Assembly (NCBI GenBank): GCA_964454135.1
Contig: CAYVQL010000012.1
Span: 11-64,010 of the forward strand
Length of the DNA: 64,000 bases
Reading direction: 5' to 3'
From: an uncultured Enterobacterales bacterium
GTDB taxonomy: Bacteria > Myxococcota_A > UBA796 > JAFGLY01
The translations under genes and the position numbers were made by a program. Positions 29,209-38,140 of the stretch are shown piece by piece. The notes under the pieces were generated by a model, which did no database searches, was not told where the DNA came from, and was given only the letters and a program-made list of their open reading frames with translations. The number at the start of each line of letters is the position of its first letter. The stretch's first letter is position 1.

Positions 29209-31035
29209 TCATCCCCCCAACAGCTCCCCCAACCCGCTGGAGCGCTCCACCCGCGCCCGCACCGCGGCCCGCAGCACCTCCTCGCTGCCGTAGATCTCCG
29301 CCCGCTGCCTGGCGCGAGTCACCCCGGTGTAGACCAGCTCGCGAGTCAGGATGCGGCTGGGGCTGGAGGGCAGCACCAGCATGACGTCGTCGAACTCCGA
29401 GCCCTGGGCCTTGTGCACGGTCATGGCGAAGACGGTCTCGCAGGGCGGCAGCCGGCCCAGGGGCACGCTGCGGATGCTGCGGTCGGCGCCCTGGAAGAAG
29501 GCTCGCAGCTGGCCGCCGCGGCTCTGGTCGGGCAGCACCAGGCCCACGTCGCCGTTGAAGAGCTGCACGCCGTAGTCGTTGCGGATCACCAGCAGGGGCT
29601 GGTGGGCGTAGTGGCCTTCACCGAGCTGCAAGCCGCGCTCCGCCAGCAGCAGCTCCACCAGGCGGTTGACGCTGCGCACGCCCAGCGCACCGCCGCGGTG
29701 GGCGCAGAGCACCCTGAAGCGCGTGAAGCGCTCGAAGGCCTGCGCCGGATCCGCGGCCTGCAGGTAGGGCGCCAGCAGGCCGCTCACCCGCGGCTCCAGC
29801 GCGCGCCTCAGGGCGGCCTGGGCGATGCGGCCGGACAGGGGCTGGCCGTGCTGGCCTTGGGGCGCCGTCAGCAGGCCTACCTCGGCGTGGCGCCCGGGGT
29901 GCAGGGCCTGCATGACGGCCTGCTCGTCCCCCTGGTTGATGGCGTGGGCCAAGGCGCCGATGCCCGCCCGGGCGGCGAAGCGGTAGCTGTAGCGCAGGCG
30001 CACCACGGCTGGCTGCAGGGCCTCGGCGCGGCAGAGCTCGCCCAGCACGGCGCCCGGCTCCACCGAGGCCAGCTGGTCGCGGTCGCCCAGCAGCACCAGG
30101 CGGGCGCTGGGCCGCACGGCCTGCATCAGCTTGGCCATCAGGGCCAGGGGCACCATGGAGGCCTCGTCCACCACCACGATGTCCGCCGGCAGGGGGTTTT
30201 CGCGGTCGTGGCGGAAGCGCGTGGGGCTGTGGGGCTGCCAGCCCAGGGCGCGGTGCAGGGTGGCGGCCTGGTGGGGGATGGCGGCCTTGACCTGAGCCGG
30301 GCAGCTCAGCTCGCTGCGGGCCAGCTCGATGGACTCGGCTAGGCGAGCGGCGGCCTTGCCCGTGGGGGCCAGCAGCGCGATGGAGGGCAGGGACGGGCCA
30401 GCCTGCTCCAGCAAGAGCGCCAGCAGGCGCACCACGGTGGTGGTCTTGCCCGTGCCCGGGCCCCCGGTGATCACGGCCAGGCGGCGCTCCAGGGCGGTGC
30501 GGGCGGCGACGGCCTGGAAATCCACGCCGCCGCTGGCCAGCAGGGCCGGCTGTCCGGGATCGAAGAGGCGGGCGATGATGCGCTGGGCCGCCTGGTCGTC
30601 CACGATCAGGCGCTCGGCGGCCCGCTGGGCCGCGTCGTGGGCCAGGGCTTGCTCGTAGCGCCAGTAGCGACAAAGGTAGAGCCGCCGGCCATGCAGCGCC
30701 AGGGGCGTGGCTGCGCTGCCGTCGCCTACCAGGGGGCTGGCCTGCAGGGCCTCCAGCCAGGGCCTCAGGGCGGGCCAGCGGGGAGGCTCGCCCTCGGCAG
30801 CCTCGGGCGCGGCTTCGTCCAGGGCGTCTTCGGGCGCCAGGATGCGGCGCTGGGCCAGGCTGGCCAGGTCGGCGCAGATGTGGCCCTCTTCCAGCTGCGC
30901 CGCGGCGGCGGCGGCCCCGGCCAGCACCAAGGGATCGGGCTGCTGGCCCGTCAGGCGCTGGTGCTGGCGCCCTGCCCAGCGGGCGAAGACCTGGGCAATG
31001 GGGGGCAGAGGAAGCAGCAGGGCCTGCAGGCTCAT
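29209..31035 (-). CDS. recD: Exodeoxyribonuclease V alpha subunit
   Basis: Start MSLQALL (ATGA overlap with recB); RLYLCRYW, GGPGTGKTT, APTGKAA, VVDEASMV, LGDRDQL, AMTVHKAQGSEF, YTGVTRAR. Confidence 0.95.
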   Translation of the reverse strand: MSLQALLLPLPPIAQVFARWAGRQHQRLTGQQPDPLVLAGAAAAAAQLEEGHICADLASLAQRRILAPEDALDEAAPEAAEGEPPRWPALRPWLEALQASPLVGDGSAATPLALHGRRLYLCRYWRYEQALAHDAAQRAAERLIVDDQAAQRIIARLFDPGQPALLASGGVDFQAVAARTALERRLAVITGGPGTGKTTTVVRLLALLLEQAGPSLPSIALLAPTGKAAARLAESIELARSELSCPAQVKAAIPHQAATLHRALGWQPHSPTRFRHDRENPLPADIVVVDEASMVPLALMAKLMQAVRPSARLVLLGDRDQLASVEPGAVLGELCRAEALQPAVVRLRYSYRFAARAGIGALAHAINQGDEQAVMQALHPGRHAEVGLLTAPQGQHGQPLSGRIAQAALRRALEPRVSGLLAPYLQAADPAQAFERFTRFRVLCAHRGGALGVRSVNRLVELLLAERGLQLGEGHYAHQPLLVIRNDYGVQLFNGDVGLVLPDQSRGGQLRAFFQGADRSIRSVPLGRLPPCETVFAMTVHKAQGSEFDDVMLVLPSSPSRILTRELVYTGVTRARQRAEIYGSEEVLRAAVRARVERSSGLGELLGG

Positions 31036-34000
31036 GGGGCGCCTCCCGCGCGGGGGTCGCTCAGCGCGGCGCAGATGGCCTCGATGCGCTGCCGGGGCGG
31101 CCGCGTGCGGAACACGCCGTACTCGGGCCCGCAGTCGGGCCGCATGCCGCGCAGGAAGAGGTAGTAGGCCCCGCCAAAGCCGCTGTCGTAGTCGTAGCCC
31201 GGCAGGCGGCGCTGCAGGTGCAGGTGCAACGCCGCGCAGTACAGGTGCAGCTGCAGCAGGTAGTCGGCCTGCTGCATCTCGTGGGCCATGGCGGAGCGGT
31301 CGTAGTGGCGGATCTCGGGCCCCAGCAGGTTGGACTTGTAGTCCGCCAGGTAGAACCTGCCCTGGTGCTCGAAGACCAGGTCGATGAAGCCGCACAGGTA
31401 GCCCTTGAGCGCGGCGAAGCCCAGCTCGCCCACGCGGGCGATGGCGGCGGGGGGCAGGTCGGCGTCGGGGGCCGTAGCCAGGGCGCGGGCCAGGATGCGG
31501 GCGCCCAGCGCCCCGCCGCCGGGGGCCACGGGCAGCAGGAACTCCAGCTCGTCGGCGCGCTGGGCGCGGGTCAGCTGGCCCAGGTGGAAGCCGGGCAGGC
31601 CGGGATCCAGGGGCGTGGCCAGCACGCTGCGCAGGGCCTGGGCCACGGGCTGCGACCAGCGCTCGCCGTCGTAGCCGAAGAAGCGCAGGCGCTCGGCGGC
31701 CACCTGCAGCATGTGGGGGCCGCCGACGCGGGGGAAATCGAGGCGCTCCAGCACCTCGTGCAGCATGGTGCCCGCGCGGCGCCCTCCGCGGAAATCCGCC
31801 AGCAAGCAAGCTTGGTGGGCCTGGGGCGGGTGGGCGGCTGGCACGGCGGGCGGGGCTGCGCCGGCCGCGGCCCTTGCGGGCGGGGCGTCGTCGTGCTCGG
31901 GCGCGAAGAGCTCCTCCGGGTCCAGGCCCTCCTCGGCCTTGCTCACCAGGCTCGAGAAGCTGGAGGTGCGCCAGAGAGGATCCAGGCGCCCAGTGAAGCG
32001 CCGCGCGCGCAGGGTCTCGGCAGCGGGCGACGGGCGCTGGCAGCGGTCCTGGGGCCGCTCCTCCAACAGTGACCAGCCGATGCTGCCCGCCGAGGACGCG
32101 GCCAGCTGGTCCAGGTCGCCGCGCATGGCCTGGTCGTCCAGGCCGCGCATATGGGCCTTCAGGCGCGCGCGGTCTGGAGGCTCGTCGCCCGGGGGCGGGT
32201 GCAGCAGGGCGCCCAGGCAGGCGTGCTGCCGGTCGTAGAAGGCTCCCCAGCAGATTACGCAGCGGTGGCGGGCGCGGGTCAGGGCCACGTAGAGCAGGCG
32301 CATGGCCTCGCGCCAGGAGCGCTGCTGCGCGGCTTCTTGCTGGGCCTGGCTGGGCTGCCCCAGGTGGCGGCACAGCCGCCCCTGCTCGTCGTAGAAGTAC
32401 TGGTCGTCGGTGATCTCGGCCCACAGGTAGGGGCAGAAGACCACCGGGTACTCCAGGCCCTTGGCGCCATGCACCGTGCTGAGCGCCACGGCCTGCTCGT
32501 CGCTCTCCAGGCGCAGCTGGGCCTCGTCCCCGGCGTTCAGCTGGCCCTGCCGCAGCTGGCTCAGGCGCGTCAGCAGGCCCTGGATGCCCAGCTGCTCGCC
32601 CTCGGCCATGGTCTGCAGCAGCTCGGCCAGGTGGCGCAGGTTGGTCAAGCGGCGCTCCCCCCCGGGCCTGGCCAGCAGCCTCGTCAGCAGGCCCTCGTGA
32701 TCGAGCACGGACTGGAAGAGCTGGATGAAGCCTTGGTCGCGCCAGATCTCGCGCCACTGCCGCAGGCGCAGCAGCCAGCTGTCCCAGTCGGTCTCCAGCT
32801 CTTCCTGGCCCTCGAGCAGGGCTGCCAGCTGACAGCCGTCCAGGCCCAGGATGTCGGTGCACAGCGCCGCCCGTACCCGCGCTTCGTCCTTGGGATCCGC
32901 GATGGCGGTCAGCAGCTGGGCCAGCTGATGGGCCTCCTCGGTGGTGAAGACGCTGGCGTCGTTGGCGCGCACGCTGACCACGCCCACGGCAGCCAGCGCC
33001 TGCTCCAGCTCCTCCAGCTGGCGGTGCGTGCGGGTGAGCACGGCCACGTCGCGGGGCTGCAGCGCGCGTTGCCCGCCCCTGTCGTCCGGGATGCTGGCCT
33101 GGCTCGACAGCAGGCGCGCCACCTCGCCGGCCACGGCCCGTGGCAGGCCTCTGCGGTGCCAGGAGCTGGCGATGGCGTTCCTCTTGCCCTTGCCGGTGCG
33201 CGGGATGAAGCGGATCTGGAAGGGCTCCTGGCCGTCCACGGGCCAGGTCCCGCACCGCTCTTCGTGCTGCGCGGCCACGGGCTCGAAGCCGATCCCCTCG
33301 TAGCCGAAGGGCTGGCCGACTCGCGCGAACAGGGTGTTGATGGCTCGCACCAGGCCCCCGTCGGAGCGCCAGTTCACATCCAGCTGGCCGCGCCGGGCGC
33401 CGGCGCTCTCCACGGCGTGCAGGTAGGCCTGGATGTCGGCGCCGCGAAAAGCGTAGATGGCCTGCTTGGGGTCGCCGATCAAGAAAAGACGGTCCTCGGG
33501 GCGGCTGTAGACGCGCCGGAAGACCTCGTACTGGGCGCGATCCGTGTCCTGGAACTCGTCTATGAGGGCCGCAGGGTGCTGGTGGCGCAGGGCCTGGGCC
33601 AGGGTCTCGCCCCCGGGCGAGGCCAGGGCGCTGGCCAGTTGGCGCACCAGGTCGTTGTAGGAGAGCACGCCCCTGCGCCGGCGCCGGGCCGGCAGCTCGC
33701 GGCGGGCGGTCTCGAAGAAGGCCCGCTGGAACTGGGTCTGCCATGCCTCCAGCTGGCGCTCCAGGGCCTGCCCGGAAAGCAGCAGGGCGTCGCAGCGCGC
33801 GAAGAAGCGATGGCGGGGGGGCGTCCAGCCCTTCTTGGTGCAGGAGGCGAGGCCGGCCGGGGTGAGCAGGCGGAAGTGCGCCGGCAGCGAGGCCCAGCTG
33901 GGCTGCTCGGGCCAGAAGAAGGCGCCCAGGTCCTCCAACAGGGGCTCCAGGCGCCTGGGCCCCAGCTGCCGCTGGTTGATGACGCGCTTGTCCCGCAGCA

Positions 34001-34697
34001 CCTTGGCGACCACGTGCGCGTAGCGCTTCCACTGCTCGCGGGCCGGCGCGAAGGCGTTGGCGTAGCGCCGCAGGGCGTGGTCCAGGTCCGTCTTCGCCGG
34101 CCCGGGCAGCAGCTTCAGGTCGGGCCAGCGATCGGCGACCCGGGCCAGCTCGGCCAGGCTCTCCGGGCTGATCCCCGCCTCCTGCAGGGCGGTGATGGGC
34201 AGGCGGTGGGCGTCTATGAGCCGCTCGGTCCAGAAATCCCGGGCCAGCTCCAGGTAGAGGGGATCCTGGTCGGACTCGAAGCTGGTGTCGAACAGCGCCT
34301 GGCTCTCGAAGGCCCAGCGCTGCAGGGCTCGCTGGCAAAAGCTGTGGATGGTGTGGATCGGCGCCAGGTCGAAGTCGCGCAGGGCCCGCTCCAGCAGCGC
34401 CAGGTGCTGCGGCTGTTCCAGGCTGGGTTGCAGCAGGCGTGCCAGGTCTCGCTCCGGCGGCAGCCGCTTTCTGCGCAGGCCGCCGCAGGCCAGGTGCAGC
34501 CGGCTGCGCAGGCGGTCGCGCAGCTCCTTGGTGGCGGCCCTGGTGAAGGTGACCACCAGGACCTGGTCCACGCGCAGGCCGTCCAGCAGCAGGCGCAGCC
34601 AGTAGTGCCCGATGTTGTGGGTCTTGCCCGTGCCGGCGCTGGCCTCCACCAGCTGCAGCCCGTGCAGCGGGGCGCTGACCGGGTCCAGGCTAGTCAA
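31032..34697 (-). CDS. recB: Exodeoxyribonuclease V beta subunit
   Basis: EASAGTGKT, IDEFQDTD, IGDPKQAIYAFRGAD, KGLEYP, nuclease GFIDLVF...ADYKSN; TTG start about 34697. Confidence 0.95.
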   Translation of the reverse strand: MTSLDPVSAPLHGLQLVEASAGTGKTHNIGHYWLRLLLDGLRVDQVLVVTFTRAATKELRDRLRSRLHLACGGLRRKRLPPERDLARLLQPSLEQPQHLALLERALRDFDLAPIHTIHSFCQRALQRWAFESQALFDTSFESDQDPLYLELARDFWTERLIDAHRLPITALQEAGISPESLAELARVADRWPDLKLLPGPAKTDLDHALRRYANAFAPAREQWKRYAHVVAKVLRDKRVINQRQLGPRRLEPLLEDLGAFFWPEQPSWASLPAHFRLLTPAGLASCTKKGWTPPRHRFFARCDALLLSGQALERQLEAWQTQFQRAFFETARRELPARRRRRGVLSYNDLVRQLASALASPGGETLAQALRHQHPAALIDEFQDTDRAQYEVFRRVYSRPEDRLFLIGDPKQAIYAFRGADIQAYLHAVESAGARRGQLDVNWRSDGGLVRAINTLFARVGQPFGYEGIGFEPVAAQHEERCGTWPVDGQEPFQIRFIPRTGKGKRNAIASSWHRRGLPRAVAGEVARLLSSQASIPDDRGGQRALQPRDVAVLTRTHRQLEELEQALAAVGVVSVRANDASVFTTEEAHQLAQLLTAIADPKDEARVRAALCTDILGLDGCQLAALLEGQEELETDWDSWLLRLRQWREIWRDQGFIQLFQSVLDHEGLLTRLLARPGGERRLTNLRHLAELLQTMAEGEQLGIQGLLTRLSQLRQGQLNAGDEAQLRLESDEQAVALSTVHGAKGLEYPVVFCPYLWAEITDDQYFYDEQGRLCRHLGQPSQAQQEAAQQRSWREAMRLLYVALTRARHRCVICWGAFYDRQHACLGALLHPPPGDEPPDRARLKAHMRGLDDQAMRGDLDQLAASSAGSIGWSLLEERPQDRCQRPSPAAETLRARRFTGRLDPLWRTSSFSSLVSKAEEGLDPEELFAPEHDDAPPARAAAGAAPPAVPAAHPPQAHQACLLADFRGGRRAGTMLHEVLERLDFPRVGGPHMLQVAAERLRFFGYDGERWSQPVAQALRSVLATPLDPGLPGFHLGQLTRAQRADELEFLLPVAPGGGALGARILARALATAPDADLPPAAIARVGELGFAALKGYLCGFIDLVFEHQGRFYLADYKSNLLGPEIRHYDRSAMAHEMQQADYLLQLHLYCAALHLHLQRRLPGYDYDSGFGGAYYLFLRGMRPDCGPEYGVFRTRPPRQRIEAICAALSDPRAGGAP

Positions 34698-37600
34698 GGC
34701 AGGCCTCGAGCAGGGGCAGGAAGACGCGCTGCGCCAGATCCGCCAAGAGCCAGCCGCGCTCTCCGGTCCTCCAGGGGGCGGCTTCGTGGCCAAAGGCGCG
34801 CTGGATGTAGGGATCCTGGTGTTCGCCGATCTGCTGGCGGGCGTGGGGGTTCCAGTACGACCAGGTGCGCTCGGCGGCTGCGTAGGCGCGGGCCAGGTCG
34901 CCCGGGCGCTCTTGCCAGCTCCGGGCCCAGGCCAGGGCGCTGCGTGGGAAGAGGCGCAGCGGACGCAGCTGGCCCTGCTGGTAGAGCTCCAGCAGGTCCC
35001 CCAGGCGCGCCGCGGCGTCTGGGACCGGCCCGAAGCGCTGGCGCTGGGGGCCGCCCGCCCCCAGGCCCAGCAGGGTGGTGCTCCTGGCCGGCCCGCGGGG
35101 GGGCGAGGCGCAGAGCGCCAGGTGGACCACCCAGGCCGAGAGCAGGTCCTGGGCTTTGATGCTGGCGGGCCGGAAGCGCAGCAGACCCGCGGGCCACAGG
35201 CCCGTCAGGCTGCCGCCGAGTTGCCAGCCGTCCACCTCCAGGCGCAGGGGCAGCGAGCCTGGCTCGGCGCTGTTGGTGAAGGCCTGCACCTGCGCGGCCA
35301 GGGCGCTGGCGTCGGCCGCGTTGCGCTCGTAGGCCATCTCGCCCGGCGTCCCCAGGGGCAGGGCGCCCAGCGCCCGGTAACGCGGCCAGGCGCTGGCCAG
35401 GTCTTCCCCTTGCAGGGCATCTTCGGCCATGCGCCTCTTGAGCAGGTAGGACTGCAGCGCATCCAGGGAAAAGGGCTCCCGGTCCTCGAGGATGTCCTGT
35501 TCGTCATCCGCGAACAGGCCCAGGCGCCGCTGCAGCAGGGTTCTGGCCGGGTGGGTCAAGAAGCGCGCCAGCTCGGCGATGTCCAGGCTCGGCTGGGTGC
35601 GGCTCTCGTCCGCTGGGGGTGGTGCGAGGGGCCTGGGCAGGAAGGGCGTGGCCCCGCCCGGCTCCCTCCCCACGGCGCCCGCCGCCCGGCACCAGCGGGC
35701 GGCGTAGCTGAAGAGCCGGGGTTCTGCGGAGTCCTTCTCGGGCTGGAAGAGACGTGGGCTGAAGGGCTGCAGGGGGTGGCGCAGCTCCAGGCGTCGGCGC
35801 AGTTGGGCGCGCTGCTCCTGGTCCAGGCTGGGGCCCAGGCCGTCTAACAGCTCCTCCACCACCACCGAGGGCGGATAGCGGGCCGGGCCGCGCAGGCTCT
35901 GCCCCACGTAGCTGATGTGCAGGCGCTCGCGGGCCGCCAGCAGGGCTTCGCAGAAGGCGCTGCGATCGCGGTCCCGCGGGCTGGGTTCCCCGGGCAGCGG
36001 TTGGGCGGCCATCAGGTCGAAGGCCGGCGCCGTGGCCTCGCGCGGAAAGGCCCCGTCGTCCATGCCCAGCAAGCAGACCACCTCGAACGGGATGCAGCGG
36101 CCTGGCTCCAGCGATGCGAAGCTGACGCCGCGCTGCAGGAAGCCCCGCTGGCGGCGCGCCTCGCCGAGGCGTGCCTGCAGGTGATCGCGCAGCACGGCGA
36201 AGGGGAGGTCCTCTTCCAGGCCAGCCGCGGCGCTGCCCACAGTCAGCTCCCCCAGCATTTCCGCCAGGAAGCGCCGCTGCGCGGGCAGCTCTTCGCCTCC
36301 CAGGGCCTCGGCCAGCTGGCCCAGCGCCGGTCCCCAGCGGCTGGCGGGGCGGGCCTCTTCCAGCGCGCAGAGCGGCTCCAGCAGCGCCTCGCAGAACTGC
36401 GCGAAGCGGCCCAGCAGGTTGGCGTCCCGGCCCTCGATGGGGTCGTGGGGCGCGATGCCGGCGAAGAGCGCCTGGTCGTCGTCGGGCAGGGCGTAGCCCA
36501 GGATCAGCCGGTCCAGGCCGAAGCGCCACGTGTTCTCCTCGCGAGCGGGCTGGCCGCAGTTACCGCGATGGGAGGCGTCGCGACCCCAGCGGATGCCCGT
36601 GTCGGCCACCCAGGTGCGCAGATTGTCCAGCTCGTCGGAACCTATGCCGTAGCGGGCGTGGACCGGGGGGCAGGCCAGCAGATCCAGCAGCGCCGTGGCG
36701 GGCAGGCGCGAGCCCGCCAGGTCCAGGGCGCGGCTGAAGGCTTCCAGCAGCGCGGAGCGGCTGCGCCGGGCGTGGTCGCAGAGGCTGAAGGGGATGCGCT
36801 GGGCTCGGCCGTCCCCGGCGCCCTCGTCCCCGCCGAAGACCGCCTCCACCAGGGGGGCGTAGCGCTCGATGTCCGGCGCCATCACCAGCACTTGCTGCGG
36901 GCTGGGGGCCGCGGGCTGATCGAAGATGGCCAGCAGCTGGTCGCGCAGCGCCTCCACCTCGCGCAGCGGGCCGTGGCAGCTGTGCAGGGCCAGGGAGTCG
37001 TCCGGTTCCCCCGGGGTGGCGGGGCTGCGCACCAGGGCCTGCTGCAGCAGGGCCAGCTGGCTCTTGACCGGCGACCTGCTGTGCAGCGAGCGCCATGCGG
37101 CGCCGGGGCAGCACTTCTCCAGGCGCGCCCGCAGCTGGCGCTGGCTGCGGGCCAGGGAGCGAGCCAGGGGGCTGGGCTTGCCGCTGGGCGGCTGGCGTTG
37201 GGCGAATGGCAGCAGCACCTGGCTCTCGGGCAGGGGCTTGGCGCTCTTGCGGCGCCGGCTGCGCGGCTCGGGCGGTCCCAGCCCGCGGGGAGGGGCGGGC
37301 TCCGCCAGGAAGATGTGGATCGGGCAGTGGTCCGAGAGCGCCTGCAGCAGGCGGGCCTGTCCCGGCGTCAGGGTGGCCGGGGCGAAGACGCTGAGGCGCT
37401 GCGGCAGCCGACCGGGCGCCTCGGCGCCCTTCTGCAGCGCCTGCAGGGCCTGGCGCAGCAGCGCCGCGGGGTGCATGGGACCCAGCTGCTCGCAGAGCGC
37501 CCGCCAGAGCCGGGGTTGCCAGTGCTGGGGCGGGTCAGGGGTGCCGCGGCCCTCTTCCCAGGCCGCCAGCATGCCGGGCCGCCAGCCCAGGTAGCGGGAG

Positions 37601-38016
37601 AAGATCCCTGCCAGGCGCGCCGAGAGTTGGTGGCGCTTGCGGGCCAGGTGCTCGGCGCCGTCGTCACTGGCCAGGTAGCCGCGCACCGGCTCGAAGCCGG
37701 GTTCGTCCAGCAGATCGGGCAACAGGCGGTAGATGGCCCAGCCCAGGGCTGCTGGCTCCCAGGCCTGCTGCGCCTGCTCGGGCAACAGGGCCGCCAGCAG
37801 CTCGGCCACGAGGCGGTCGGGACTCAGGTAGCGGGCGTGGGCCCAGATGCCAAAGCGATCCGCCAGGCGCAAGGCGAGCCAGCGCCCCATGGCGTGGTCC
37901 TGCACGCAGATCAGCTCCTGGTCCAGGGGGCTGGCCAGCGGATGCACCAGGACCCCCGCCAGGACCTCCAGCAGGGCCTCGCTGCGATCGCTGGCGTGGA
38001 TGCGGAGCTGGGGCAT
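34690..38016 (-). CDS. recC: Exodeoxyribonuclease V gamma subunit
   Basis: CHGPLREVE, VMAPDIERYAP, GIRWG, NTWRFGLDRLILG, HPLQPFS; adjacent to recB and recD. Confidence 0.95.
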   Translation of the reverse strand: MPQLRIHASDRSEALLEVLAGVLVHPLASPLDQELICVQDHAMGRWLALRLADRFGIWAHARYLSPDRLVAELLAALLPEQAQQAWEPAALGWAIYRLLPDLLDEPGFEPVRGYLASDDGAEHLARKRHQLSARLAGIFSRYLGWRPGMLAAWEEGRGTPDPPQHWQPRLWRALCEQLGPMHPAALLRQALQALQKGAEAPGRLPQRLSVFAPATLTPGQARLLQALSDHCPIHIFLAEPAPPRGLGPPEPRSRRRKSAKPLPESQVLLPFAQRQPPSGKPSPLARSLARSQRQLRARLEKCCPGAAWRSLHSRSPVKSQLALLQQALVRSPATPGEPDDSLALHSCHGPLREVEALRDQLLAIFDQPAAPSPQQVLVMAPDIERYAPLVEAVFGGDEGAGDGRAQRIPFSLCDHARRSRSALLEAFSRALDLAGSRLPATALLDLLACPPVHARYGIGSDELDNLRTWVADTGIRWGRDASHRGNCGQPAREENTWRFGLDRLILGYALPDDDQALFAGIAPHDPIEGRDANLLGRFAQFCEALLEPLCALEEARPASRWGPALGQLAEALGGEELPAQRRFLAEMLGELTVGSAAAGLEEDLPFAVLRDHLQARLGEARRQRGFLQRGVSFASLEPGRCIPFEVVCLLGMDDGAFPREATAPAFDLMAAQPLPGEPSPRDRDRSAFCEALLAARERLHISYVGQSLRGPARYPPSVVVEELLDGLGPSLDQEQRAQLRRRLELRHPLQPFSPRLFQPEKDSAEPRLFSYAARWCRAAGAVGREPGGATPFLPRPLAPPPADESRTQPSLDIAELARFLTHPARTLLQRRLGLFADDEQDILEDREPFSLDALQSYLLKRRMAEDALQGEDLASAWPRYRALGALPLGTPGEMAYERNAADASALAAQVQAFTNSAEPGSLPLRLEVDGWQLGGSLTGLWPAGLLRFRPASIKAQDLLSAWVVHLALCASPPRGPARSTTLLGLGAGGPQRQRFGPVPDAAARLGDLLELYQQGQLRPLRLFPRSALAWARSWQERPGDLARAYAAAERTWSYWNPHARQQIGEHQDPYIQRAFGHEAAPWRTGERGWLLADLAQRVFLPLLEACLD

Positions 38017-38140
38017 GGGACCAGAATACAGGGGGAAAGGGGGAGTGTACCAGCTTGGGGGCAGGGCCCGGCGTTCAGCCGCTCCCCCACCCCGGGCCCC
38101 GTCGCGTTAGCGAGCCCTGCCCCCCGCACCGCGGCTCATC

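Noticed and set aside
29209-34338. 1709-aa fused RecD
   Set aside because: The N-terminal extension is an off-frame shadow of recB; RecD starts at 31035
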